From assembly GCA_044450345.1 (NCBI GenBank), contig JBIOIY010000021.1, forward strand, positions 1 through 42,211: 42,211 nucleotides of DNA, in the 5' to 3' direction. This stretch comes from Thermodesulfovibrionales bacterium. Its GTDB lineage: Bacteria > Nitrospirota > Thermodesulfovibrionia > Thermodesulfovibrionales > UBA6898. Below the pieces are notes generated by a model. It was not told the DNA's origin. It saw only the letters and a program-made list of their open reading frames with translations, and did not search any database. Shown in pieces: positions 8,581-17,765 of the stretch. Position 1 is the first letter of the stretch, and the number at the start of each line of letters is the position of its first letter. The position numbers were made by a program, and so were the translations under genes.

Positions 8581-9441
8581 TCACCTTCTGTTTTTGCGGA
8601 TATATTCCCCGACTTCAGTCCTGTAAAGCCTGCGCAATGTACGCGTGATTTCCCCGACTTCGAAGTTGACGTCTTCTATGCCGGCAACAGGCATGACTTC
8701 AGCAGTCGTATTCGTAAAAAAAACCTCCGAGGCACCAAGCAGGTCATTGGGGTAAAACATCCCTTCCTCAACCCTCAACCCGTGCCTTCTCGCAATACCG
8801 ATGACGAGCTCCCTCGTGATCCCGTCGAGAATGCCGGTCTCGACGGAAGGGGTACAGAGGATTCCATTACTCACGAAGAAGATGTTGCATACCGTACCCT
8901 CTGTGAGAAAGCCCTCCGCATTCAGCATAACCGCTTCATATGCGCCCCTTTCCTTGGCTTCTATCTTTGCCAGGATATTATTGAGAAAATTCAGGGATTT
9001 GATTTTTGGGTCAATTGCATCTGCAAGGTTCCTCCGGGTCTTTGCAATAATAAATTGCACCCCCTTCTCATAATAGCCGCCCGGGTATTCCCTGAACGGC
9101 TCGGCGATGACTACCAGGGTGTGTCTTCCGCAGAGTCCGGGATCAAGTCCTATGGGCCCTTTTCCCCTCGAAAGAGTGATCCGGATATAGGCATCGGAAA
9201 GTTTATTTGCCTCGAGGGTCTGATCGACCGCTTCGATAAGGCTTTCCGCTTCCGGTACCTTAAGCCTGATTAAGGCCCCGGAACGTGCGAGTCTGTCCAT
9301 GTGCCGTCTCACCATGAAAACGATGCCGCCGTAAGAGCGCATCGTCTCATATACCCCATCGCCGTACAAAAAGCCGTGGTCATACACCGATACCACGGCC
9401 TGCGATTCCGGCACAATCACTCCATCAAGAAAAATGTACAT
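8581..9441 (-). CDS. Class IV PLP aminotransferase (branched-chain aminotransferase / aminodeoxychorismate lyase family)
   Basis: DHGFLYGDGVYET, KIKSLN (PLP lysine), EGTVCNIF, LDGITR. I cannot distinguish ilvE from pabC. Confidence 0.9.
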   Translation of the reverse strand: MYIFLDGVIVPESQAVVSVYDHGFLYGDGVYETMRSYGGIVFMVRRHMDRLARSGALIRLKVPEAESLIEAVDQTLEANKLSDAYIRITLSRGKGPIGLDPGLCGRHTLVVIAEPFREYPGGYYEKGVQFIIAKTRRNLADAIDPKIKSLNFLNNILAKIEAKERGAYEAVMLNAEGFLTEGTVCNIFFVSNGILCTPSVETGILDGITRELVIGIARRHGLRVEEGMFYPNDLLGASEVFFTNTTAEVMPVAGIEDVNFEVGEITRTLRRLYRTEVGEYIRKNRR

Positions 9442-9549
9442 ATCCGAATCCGGTCCTTCCATGGCGATCGCTTACATTTTGCATTTTCCTACCGCCTTTT
9501 GCAAACCCACCTTGTCCTCTCCGTGCGTATCGTGTATCATTTCTTCAAT

Positions 9550-11190
9550 ATGCAAATTTGTTCTCCATCAAGGCCCTCAGGCTATCTCTCGGTCGTACTG
9601 CACGCTCACCTGCCGTATATCCGCTATCCCGAAAACGCCGGCCATCTCGAAGAAAGATGGCTTTACGAAGCCATCACGGAATCATATATCCCCTTGCTTG
9701 ATCTATTGGAAAACCTGTTGTCCGACAACGTAGATTTCAGAATAACCCTTTCCCTTACCCCGACGCTGATCGAGATGTTCCGCGACGAACTGTTAATGTC
9801 GCGGTACGGACAATATCTTGACAACCTTATAGACCTTGCTGAAAAGGAAGTTTGCAGAAACCGCGGGCACGCCGCAATCAGACCCCTCGCTGCGATGTAC
9901 CTCCGGCGGTTTTTGAGAATTCGGTACCTCTTCGGTAAAGTATATCGTAAAGACCTGACCTCAGTATTCGGGTCCTTGGCAAGTTCAGGCAGAATTGAGT
10001 TGATTACGAGCGCCGCCACTCATGCCTTTTTGCCGGCGTTAATCACTGCGCCTCTCGCGGCGGAGGCCCAGATACAGCTGGGTGTCGACCATCACTACAG
10101 GACATTCGGGAAAGAACCGGAAGGCATGTGGCTTCCAGAGTGCGGTTTTGTCCCGGCCCTCGATGCACTATTAGGTAAGAGCGGCATAAAGTATTTCTTC
10201 CTCGAAAGTCACGGACTTCTCAACAGCTCCCCTGCGAGCAAATACAGTATTTATTCGCCTGTAGTGACCCCTGCGGGGGTAGTTGCCTTCGCACGGGACG
10301 TGGAGTCCTCCAAACAGGTCTGGAGTTCTGCAGGGGGATATCCCGGTGATTTCGACTACAGGGACTTTTATCGTGATATCGGGTTTGATCTTGACGACGA
10401 TTATCTGAAGCCCCACCTCCCCGGGGGTATCCGGACCTTTACCGGCTTCAAGTATTACCGCATAACCGGCAGGTCAGACAGGAAGCGACCCTACGTTCCG
10501 AAGCAGGCATTTAAAAAAGCGGGGATACATGCGAATCATTTTGTGTCCGAAAAGAATAATCAGATACTGTTTCTCAGCGAGCGATTAAATATCAGCCCCG
10601 TCGTCACTGCGGCCTATGACGCCGAACTCTTCGGCCATTGGTGGTTTGAAGGTCCGGAATGGCTCAGGTCGGTCCTTACGAAATGTCATCGCAAAAAAAA
10701 TTCATTCCGCTTTACCACGCCCTCGGAGTACATTTCAGAGCACAAGGAAATTCAATCAGCCATGCCTTCCGCATCCAGCTGGGGAGACAAAGGATACAAT
10801 TCAACGTGGATACATCCCTCGAACAAGTGGATATATAAACACCTCCATCGGGCCGCCATACTTCTAGCCCGAATATCCCTCCGAAATATACACGCACGGG
10901 GTCTCCTCAAAAGGGCGCTGAATCAGGCATTGCGGGAGCTCCTTCTGGCTCAGTCAAGCGACTGGCCGTTCATGATGAAGACGGGCAACGCAGCAGCTTT
11001 TGCAGAAAACAAGTTTCGGGAACACCTGCAGAATTTTCTGGACCTGCATCGGGAAATCTCCTCCGGCCGTATAGAGGAAACAAACCTTTTGCGGCTCGAA
11101 CAAAAGAACAACCTCTTCAAGGATGCCGACTTCAGAGTGTATGTAAGCCGCAAACAGGTTGATCAGCTCAAAAGCTTGTCAAAGGGGTAG
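9550..11190 (+). CDS. GH57 1,4-alpha-glucan branching enzyme (DUF1957)
   Basis: LHAHLPY, WLPECGF (nucleophile), YDAELFGHWWFEG (acid/base), AQSSDWPF. Confidence 0.92.
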   Translation: MQICSPSRPSGYLSVVLHAHLPYIRYPENAGHLEERWLYEAITESYIPLLDLLENLLSDNVDFRITLSLTPTLIEMFRDELLMSRYGQYLDNLIDLAEKEVCRNRGHAAIRPLAAMYLRRFLRIRYLFGKVYRKDLTSVFGSLASSGRIELITSAATHAFLPALITAPLAAEAQIQLGVDHHYRTFGKEPEGMWLPECGFVPALDALLGKSGIKYFFLESHGLLNSSPASKYSIYSPVVTPAGVVAFARDVESSKQVWSSAGGYPGDFDYRDFYRDIGFDLDDDYLKPHLPGGIRTFTGFKYYRITGRSDRKRPYVPKQAFKKAGIHANHFVSEKNNQILFLSERLNISPVVTAAYDAELFGHWWFEGPEWLRSVLTKCHRKKNSFRFTTPSEYISEHKEIQSAMPSASSWGDKGYNSTWIHPSNKWIYKHLHRAAILLARISLRNIHARGLLKRALNQALRELLLAQSSDWPFMMKTGNAAAFAENKFREHLQNFLDLHREISSGRIEETNLLRLEQKNNLFKDADFRVYVSRKQVDQLKSLSKG

Positions 11191-12071
11191 GATTTCAGAT
11201 AGGTCAGGAACTCATCGACCGCGTGCGACGAGACGGAATTCTTATTTATAATCAGTGAAAACTCCCTCAGCATTTTCTCCTCTTTTATCCTGAGTAAGTG
11301 AAGGCTGCCGTATCTGATCTCCTTGCGCGCCGCCCACCTGGAAAGAATGGATACACCAAGACCGTTTTCGACGGCTTCCTTTATCGCCTCGGTACTCCCG
11401 AGGACCATTGATATCTTCATATCCTGAGGCGTGATGCCATGTTTTGCGAGAAACTTTTCTATCATCTGCCGTGTACCGGATCCTCCTTCCCTGAAGATAA
11501 AAGGTTCCTTCGTGAGTTCGCCTATCGAAATATCTTTTTTCTTCGCCCAGGGGTGGTAAGAAGGTACAACAAGCAAGAGTTCGTCCGGAATAAGTTTTTC
11601 GACGACCATCTTCTGCCTGGTGACATCGCCTTCGACAAGACCCAAGTCGATATTCCCTGAATTGAGAAGCTCTACCACCCTCTTTGTATTTCCGACAAGG
11701 AGATGGACCTTGATCTTCAGGTGAGCCCTTTTGAAATCGGTTATGACGCCGGGCAAAAGATAATTACCTATAGTCGAACTTGCACCGATGCTGATGCTGC
11801 CCTTCACGAGCCCGATCAGTTCTCCTATGTCCTTTTCTGCATTCGCATAGAGGCTCAAAATTTCCTTGGCATATCGATAAAGGATCTCGCCGGATGGCGT
11901 TAACGTGACAGTGCTGCTCGATCTGTCGAATAGCTTCGTCTCATAAACCTCTTCGAGCGCCTGTATTTGAAGGCTGACCGCCGGCTGGGTGAGATGAATA
12001 ATCTCCGAAGTCTTAGAAAAACTCTTTGTCTCAGCCACCGTGCAAAAAACTTTTAATTTATGGTCGTCCAT
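11163..12071 (-). CDS. LysR-family transcriptional regulator (CysL-like)
   Basis: N-terminal HTH TQPAVSLQIQALE...LFDR; REGGSGTR and GSTEAIKEAV motifs. Confidence 0.93.
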   Translation of the reverse strand: MDDHKLKVFCTVAETKSFSKTSEIIHLTQPAVSLQIQALEEVYETKLFDRSSSTVTLTPSGEILYRYAKEILSLYANAEKDIGELIGLVKGSISIGASSTIGNYLLPGVITDFKRAHLKIKVHLLVGNTKRVVELLNSGNIDLGLVEGDVTRQKMVVEKLIPDELLLVVPSYHPWAKKKDISIGELTKEPFIFREGGSGTRQMIEKFLAKHGITPQDMKISMVLGSTEAIKEAVENGLGVSILSRWAARKEIRYGSLHLLRIKEEKMLREFSLIINKNSVSSHAVDEFLTYLKSYPFDKLLS

Positions 12072-12112
12072 ACCGCCTTTCTCAGCGACCCCGAAGGGAC
12101 CCTCTTAATGTT

Positions 12113-12524
12113 GCCGAAGCAGCCCATAAGCCGAGTTCTGTCACCCGTTGACCGGGTTATGGTCATTCATCTGTGCCCCACATTCGCAGTGGGGTCTTGC
12201 GGCCTTACCCGTTCCGTTCTCCCCAACTTCGGGGATTTGAGGGGGCCCCTCTCAAAGCGGAACCTATTTGGCCTTGCTCCAGGCGGGGTTTTCCAAGCTG
12301 CCCCGGTCACCCGGGACACTGGTGAGCTCTTACCTTCTGCCGGAATTCCGGCAGACCCGCCGAGGCGGGCACCTTTTCACCCTTACCCCGATTTACGGGG
12401 CGGTTTCCCTTTCTGCGGCACTTTCCTTCCCGTCACCGGGACTCTGAGTTACAGAGCGCCTTGCCCTTTGGAGCTCGGACTTTCCTCCCGCCGTCAGGCG
12501 GGCGACCACCTGTTCTGCTTCGGC
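12113..12524 (-). ncRNA. rnpB: RNase P RNA, bacterial type A, with an insertion in P13
   Basis: Minus strand has GAGGAAAGTCCGAGCTC, AGTGCCGCAGAAA, GAGCAAGGCCAAATAG and ACAGAACTCGGCTTAT; P1 pairs 12113-12122 with 12515-12524. Confidence 0.97.
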
Positions 12525-12545
12525 GATCTATAATAAATTTTAATT

Positions 12546-12574
12546 ATTATATAATATTCTCTTGGGGTTATCAA
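12546..12574 (-). promoter_or_regulatory. sigma70 promoter of rnpB
   Basis: TTGATA, 17-nt spacer, TATAAT. Confidence 0.65.
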
Positions 12575-13293
12575 CCATCATTTTCATCCGCCCCGGAATA
12601 GAAAAGAATCCGAAGGCACTGGGGGCATTGAATGATTTCCTCGTTCTTCGTGATTTCCACATAAAGCTGCGGCGGGATGTTCATATTGCAGCCGGTACAG
12701 AGTTCATTCTTTGCCTGCGTTACGGCAACCCCGTTGCCTGTTCTCAAAAGCATCATATACTTGTCGTAAATATCCGGGGCAATTGATCCGGTCAGCTTCG
12801 CTCTCTCTTCCTTCAGCGCAGACAATTCATTTTCGTTTCTCTCGATCTCTTTGTCGAGTTCCCGTCTTAAGACGTTTAACTTTTCCTCCTCCCCGGCCAC
12901 ATCACCCTCTTTACTTTTCTGCTGCTTTGTCGCGGCATCAAGCTCTTCCATTATGCCCAGTATTTCATCTTCTGTCCGGGCGATCTCCTTCTCAAAAGCC
13001 TCCATCTCCTTAAGATGTGCTTGATATTCCTTGTTCGTCTTTAAGTCGGAGACCCTTGCCTTCATTTTTCTGATTTTTTCGTTGGTCTCTTCAAGGAGCC
13101 GCTCTTTGTCGCGTTTCTTCTTTGTGAGCGACTCGGTTTTTTGTTTCAGCCTTTCAAGTTCAGCCTTCGCCTGTTTGAGAGGCTGGTCGACCTCATGGAT
13201 TCTAAGCGGTATCTTTTCGATGAAAAAACGTTTCTCGATGAGACGTGAGTCTGTTTCCTGCAGATTTACAAGACACTTGATAAGATCTTTCAC
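12571..13293 (-). CDS. Coiled-coil protein with a C4 zinc ribbon (DUF164)
   Basis: Long coiled coil, CTGC...CPQC motif; GGAGG SD before GTG. Confidence 0.92.
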   Translation of the reverse strand: MKDLIKCLVNLQETDSRLIEKRFFIEKIPLRIHEVDQPLKQAKAELERLKQKTESLTKKKRDKERLLEETNEKIRKMKARVSDLKTNKEYQAHLKEMEAFEKEIARTEDEILGIMEELDAATKQQKSKEGDVAGEEEKLNVLRRELDKEIERNENELSALKEERAKLTGSIAPDIYDKYMMLLRTGNGVAVTQAKNELCTGCNMNIPPQLYVEITKNEEIIQCPQCLRILFYSGADENDG

Positions 13294-13309
13294 CAGTCCT
13301 CCAGGGATA

Positions 13310-13385
13310 TGGTGGGCCCACCAGGACTCGAACCTGGGACCAACCGGTTATGAGCCGGTAGCTCTACCAACTGAGCTATGGGCCC
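13310..13385 (-). tRNA. tRNA with CAU anticodon, most likely tRNA-Ile2 (lysidine)
   Basis: 76-nt cloverleaf GGGCCCATAGCTCAGTTGGTAGAGC...CTCATAA...GGTTCGAGTCC...CCA; position downstream of rpoD resembles E. coli ileX. Confidence 0.93.
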
Positions 13386-13479
13386 TGCAAACACAACTAT
13401 GCGGAAAGACGCTTACACTTATCGATCGCCTTCCCTTAAAATCCGTAGCTAATTAATATAAATCCGCGACCTCTTTTAG

Positions 13480-15027
13480 TCAAGGACTCTCGATAAAGGT
13501 CCTCAGCCATTTACTTCTTGAGGGGTGTCTTAACTTCCTGATGGCCTTTACTTCAATCTGTCTTACCCTTTCGCGGGTCACATCAAATTCGAGACCAACC
13601 TCTTCCAGGGTATGGGGCGTATCTTCACCGAGACCGAACCTCTTTCTGATAATGCTCTGTTCCCGGGTGGTCAGTGAGGAGAGCGCTTTGTCGATATTCT
13701 TTTTCATATCCCCCTGCATCGCGATATCCAGGGGAGACAAAACTGATTTATCCTCGATAAAATCGCGGATATGGCTGTCTTCATCCTCCCCAATCGGGGT
13801 CTCCAGTGAAATAGGCTCTTTGGAAATCTTCAGCATGACCCTGACTTTTTCTATCGGTATCTTCAGCTTCTCCGCGATCTCTTCTGTCGAAGGTTCCCTG
13901 CCCTTTTCCTGTACGAGTTCCTGTATCGCCTTTATCATCCGGTTGACCGCCTCGACCATATGTACAGGAATCCTGATTGTCCTGGACTGTTCGGCAATCG
14001 CCCTTGTAATCGCCTGCCTTATCCACCACGTGGCATAGGTGCTGAACTTATATCCCCTCTTGTATTCAAATTTATCGACGGCCTTCATTAGTCCTACATT
14101 CCCTTCCTGAATCAGATCTGAAAAACCGAGCCCTCTTCCCAGGTGCTTCTTTACTATGCTAATCACGAGTCTGAGGTTTGCTTCTATTAAGGCGTTTTTG
14201 GCTTCTCTTATAGCCTTCTCGCCCTCCTCTAAAATCGCCACAGTCTTACCCATTTCTGAATGGCTTATGTCAAAGAAATTTTCTTTCTTGCCGATTTCCT
14301 CCCTGGATTCAGAGACTTCAGCGAGGAGCCGGCCGGCCTCTCCGTCAACGGCCTTGCCGCTCACGCCCAAAGTCCTTATCTTATCGATAGCAGCCGATAT
14401 CCTCAAGTGAAGATCATTGGTATCCGCAACCGCTTTCTTTATTTCCTCAGAAAACGCCAGGATCACATCGTCTTTCAAGTTCAGCTGACCTATTTGGCCG
14501 AGGATTTGTTCAAGGTTTTCGGAAAGGGCCTTCTTGTCCTTTTCCGGCATAGGCCCCCCGATATCCCGCATATTTTTGAGAAGTGTTTTCCTATTGTCGT
14601 GCAACGGCTTCAACAACGAGGCAATCTGTGAAAATTTTTTTCTCTCCAGCAAAAGGTCTTCCTCTGCTTCGTCCTCGCCGTTTTGTATAATCTCCTCTAG
14701 CGGCGCCTCGCCGGCATCGACCATTTCCCCGAGCGTAATAAGCTTGCTTAAGACAAAGGGAAGAGAAAAAATGACCCGGGCGACCTTTTCCTTCTCCTTC
14801 TCTATCTTTTTTGCAATCTCGATCTCGCCCTCTTTGGTCAGCAAAGGCACGCCGCCCATTTCCTTCAAGTAAATCTTTATCGGATCTTGGTCGCCATCCA
14901 AAAAGAGAGGTTCTTTATGATCACCCTCCTCCTCTTTTTCTGACTCTTCCACGTATTCCTCTTCAAATTCGTTCACTTGGGGATCGTCTTCTTCGTAATC
15001 TTCGAAGTAGTCCTCGCGCTCTTTCAT
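13480..15027 (-). CDS. rpoD: RNA polymerase primary sigma factor
   Basis: Region 1.2 [34 protein letters not shown], region 4 TRERVRQIE; lies downstream of dnaG. Confidence 0.95.
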   Translation of the reverse strand: MKEREDYFEDYEEDDPQVNEFEEEYVEESEKEEEGDHKEPLFLDGDQDPIKIYLKEMGGVPLLTKEGEIEIAKKIEKEKEKVARVIFSLPFVLSKLITLGEMVDAGEAPLEEIIQNGEDEAEEDLLLERKKFSQIASLLKPLHDNRKTLLKNMRDIGGPMPEKDKKALSENLEQILGQIGQLNLKDDVILAFSEEIKKAVADTNDLHLRISAAIDKIRTLGVSGKAVDGEAGRLLAEVSESREEIGKKENFFDISHSEMGKTVAILEEGEKAIREAKNALIEANLRLVISIVKKHLGRGLGFSDLIQEGNVGLMKAVDKFEYKRGYKFSTYATWWIRQAITRAIAEQSRTIRIPVHMVEAVNRMIKAIQELVQEKGREPSTEEIAEKLKIPIEKVRVMLKISKEPISLETPIGEDEDSHIRDFIEDKSVLSPLDIAMQGDMKKNIDKALSSLTTREQSIIRKRFGLGEDTPHTLEEVGLEFDVTRERVRQIEVKAIRKLRHPSRSKWLRTFIESP

Positions 15028-16703
15028 GTTCGTTCCGTACACCTCTTTTCGATAAGAAGCAAATTGCCAAGCTCCGGGTCGCCTGAAGATTGAGCCAGGC
15101 GGAGCCTCTCGGCGAGTTTCCTTTCTTCTATCCTCTTGAAGCAGTCATCTATATTCCTTTCCACATCAATATGATCGGGATCGAAGCCCGGCTCGACCGA
15201 AAATCTCGTGATAATTTTTCTTTCTTCATCGTCTGCAATATCGAGGATTTGCGCGATATTTTTCACCGCTCCGAGCGAGGCGATCTTCCTGAACAGCGAG
15301 ACAACAACCTTGTCCTCGATGTCATTTATGGTAAGCCTCGAAAGCACGTAATCAGATTTTTCCGGAAAGGCAATAACCGTGCTCAGGAGAAGATGCTCTT
15401 CGCTGTTCTTTCCGGAGGGAAACGCGCGTCTGACTCCGGCACCCACCCGGGTGCTTCCGTCCTTTATCCTTTTGAACTCCTCTCTCACGGCCGTTTCGTT
15501 TATTCCGGCCCGTTCGGAAAGCTCCGCAAGCATTTCACCCGCTGAGAGCAGGTCTTTAATCCCCGACAGCAGCGTCAATGCCTCCCTCACCACTTCTATC
15601 TTTTCTCCGCAAGAAACACTGAAGAGGAAATCCACAATAGTCTTTGCGTCATTAAGCAGCCTTCCGAAGGATTCGCCGCCGTACTTCCTGAGGTAGCTGT
15701 CCGGGTCTTCACCATCCGGCAGCAGAAGGACTTTCGCAGTATAGTCATTCCTGCAGATAAGCGAGAGTGCGCGCCGTGCGGCTGACTTGCCAGCCGCGTC
15801 TCCGTCAAATACGAGAACCGACTTGCCGCCGAGAGTTCTCAGTTTCTGGATGTGGCCCGGGGTAAGCGATGTCCCGAGGGGGGCCACAACGTTTTTAAAA
15901 CCGCACTGGTGACACACAATAACATCCATGTACCCTTCAACAATTATGACGCTGCCACCCTTTCTTATCTCATCCTTAGCGGTATTAAGGCCGAAAAGAG
16001 TATCGGATTTCTTGAAAACCGCAGTTTCGGGAGAATTGATGTACTTCGGCATCGAATCGTCAAGCGCCCTTCCTCCGAAAGCGAGGATGCCGCCGCTCAT
16101 ACTCGTAATCGGGAACATGATTCTGTGCCTGAACATATCGTAGAGTCCCTTATTCCCCTGTACGGCGAGCCCTGCTTCCTTTATCAACGTGTCGCTGCAG
16201 CCGCTTCCGCGCAGATGTCTGAGAAGATTGTCCCATCCCGCGGGGGCGTATCCGATGCCGAAAATCTCCACAGATGCGGATTCGATCCCCCTATTTTTTA
16301 AGTACGTCAGCGCCGGGGCAGACTCCTTTAACTTCATCGCGTAATATCTCCCCGCAGCTGAGAGCACGTCCCTCAGTTTCTCATATTTCCTGATCACCTT
16401 GCTGTCCGTTCCGTCTGACGGCAGGGGAATACCCGCCTTCTTTGCAAGCAAACTCATCGCTTCCTGGAAAGAAATATTTTCATGTTTCATCACAAAGGTG
16501 ATAATGTCTCCCCCGGCCCCGCACCCGAAACAATGGAATATCTGCTTAGAAGGGCTTACCATAAAAGAAGGGGTTTTTTCTGAATGAAACGGACAATTGC
16601 CTTTCCAGTTCTGCCCCGACTTTTTCAGCTGTACGTATGAGGATATAAAGTCCACTATATCGCTCTTTGACTTTATTTCCTCGATTAGCCTGCCAGTTTT
16701 CAT
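15024..16703 (-). CDS. dnaG: DNA primase
   Basis: CPFH..CFGC zinc finger, [24 protein letters not shown]. Confidence 0.97.
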   Translation of the reverse strand: MKTGRLIEEIKSKSDIVDFISSYVQLKKSGQNWKGNCPFHSEKTPSFMVSPSKQIFHCFGCGAGGDIITFVMKHENISFQEAMSLLAKKAGIPLPSDGTDSKVIRKYEKLRDVLSAAGRYYAMKLKESAPALTYLKNRGIESASVEIFGIGYAPAGWDNLLRHLRGSGCSDTLIKEAGLAVQGNKGLYDMFRHRIMFPITSMSGGILAFGGRALDDSMPKYINSPETAVFKKSDTLFGLNTAKDEIRKGGSVIIVEGYMDVIVCHQCGFKNVVAPLGTSLTPGHIQKLRTLGGKSVLVFDGDAAGKSAARRALSLICRNDYTAKVLLLPDGEDPDSYLRKYGGESFGRLLNDAKTIVDFLFSVSCGEKIEVVREALTLLSGIKDLLSAGEMLAELSERAGINETAVREEFKRIKDGSTRVGAGVRRAFPSGKNSEEHLLLSTVIAFPEKSDYVLSRLTINDIEDKVVVSLFRKIASLGAVKNIAQILDIADDEERKIITRFSVEPGFDPDHIDVERNIDDCFKRIEERKLAERLRLAQSSGDPELGNLLLIEKRCTERT

Positions 16704-16843
16704 ACCTTCCCCGCAGAAAAAATTCTTGAGTTATTTTACCATGAACGTCACGGGAATTTGTGGAGAGATGCTCTTCCCGATCACGCCTTGCTGTGCATGC
16801 GACGGCAAGATCTCTTCAAAGGGTTTTTCCCCGATTTGCCGTA

Positions 16844-17299
16844 TCAACTGCGGAGAGAGAGGAGAAGTTCTTTGACCCTGCTATTAACCGCTTTCCCGTC
16901 GGACACGCCCTTTACGCGCGGCATCAGGATCTTCATGACCTTCCCCATGTCCTTCTCGTCCCTTGCCGAGGACTCCCGTATCGCCTGGAGGATAAGGCTG
17001 TCGAGCTCTTCAGGCGAAAGTTGTTCGGGCATATATGCCTGCAGAACCGCCAGTTCGCGTTTCTCCTGATCAGCCAGATCATTACGTCCGCCTTTCGAAA
17101 ATTGCTCGATAGACTCCCTTCTCTGCTTGGCGAGCGTTGAAATAACCGAAAGGATCTCTTCGTCAGAAAGGTCGCGGCCCTTTTCAATTTGCCGATTTTT
17201 GACCGCAGCCTTGACCAGCCGTATTGCAGAAAGCTTAAGTCTATCAGACTCCCTTAATGCTGTCTTCAGATCTCCGTCAAGCCTCTGCAGTAAAGACAT
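16844..17299 (-). CDS. yqeY: GatB/YqeY domain protein
   Basis: KQRRESIEQF, YMPEQLS, DMGKVM; downstream of rpsU. Confidence 0.93.
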   Translation of the reverse strand: MSLLQRLDGDLKTALRESDRLKLSAIRLVKAAVKNRQIEKGRDLSDEEILSVISTLAKQRRESIEQFSKGGRNDLADQEKRELAVLQAYMPEQLSPEELDSLILQAIRESSARDEKDMGKVMKILMPRVKGVSDGKAVNSRVKELLLSLRS

Positions 17300-17300
17300 G

Positions 17301-17498
17301 TTATCTCACCGACATTTTGACTCTCTTCATAGCCTTTTTTCGCGCTGCGATGGCCTTTTTTTTCTTCTTTACGCTGGGTTTGTCGTAGTGCTCTCTTTTC
17401 TTTACTTCTGAAAGAATTCCTTCTTTTTCGCACTGCTTCTTAAACTTCTTAAGAGCGTTTTCGAACGAGTCATTTTCCCGCACCCGTATTGAGGGCAT
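17301..17498 (-). CDS. rpsU: 30S ribosomal protein S21
   Basis: [24 protein letters not shown]. Confidence 0.97.
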   Translation of the reverse strand: MPSIRVRENDSFENALKKFKKQCEKEGILSEVKKREHYDKPSVKKKKKAIAARKKAMKRVKMSVR

Positions 17499-17534
17499 CC
17501 ATGTATCACTCCTCCCTGTTTAAAAATTTCAACA

Positions 17535-17564
17535 ATATTACCAGTTTAATAAAGAACGTGTCAA
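17535..17564 (-). promoter_or_regulatory. sigma70 promoter of the rpsU operon
   Basis: TTGACA, 18-nt spacer ending TGG, then TAATAT. Confidence 0.7.
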
Positions 17565-17646
17565 TGTAAATTTCGCAAGAAACGGTTGATAATAAAGAGA
17601 ATAATCACATGCACAATATCCGCATCAAAACTTAAGCGATATCTGA

Positions 17647-17685
17647 TTGCAAAGGGAATTCCCTGTATGCTAAAGTCTTAGCATA
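17647..17685 (+). promoter_or_regulatory. Putative ntrBC promoter with an overlapping palindromic operator
   Basis: TTGCAA, 18-nt spacer ending TGC, then TAAAGT; inverted repeat TATGCTAA-N4-TTAGCATA at 17666-17685. Confidence 0.5.
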
Positions 17686-17765
17686 TCGAAAATAACAGGG
17701 GCAACGAGCCATGTGTTTATTGTCCATAATCAACTAATAGACTTACATTCCTGAACATATCAACC

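Noticed and set aside
13294..13400. tRNA as an integration site for an island
   Set aside because: Both flanks are core genes, there is no integrase, and I saw no duplicated tRNA 3' end.
16704..16843. yqeY-dnaG spacer with GGCAAA...GAAA resembling a c-di-GMP-I riboswitch
   Set aside because: The second stem and conserved junction are missing. Only an ACGGCAA/TTGCCGT stem and a possible internal TGG-TAAAAT promoter are visible.
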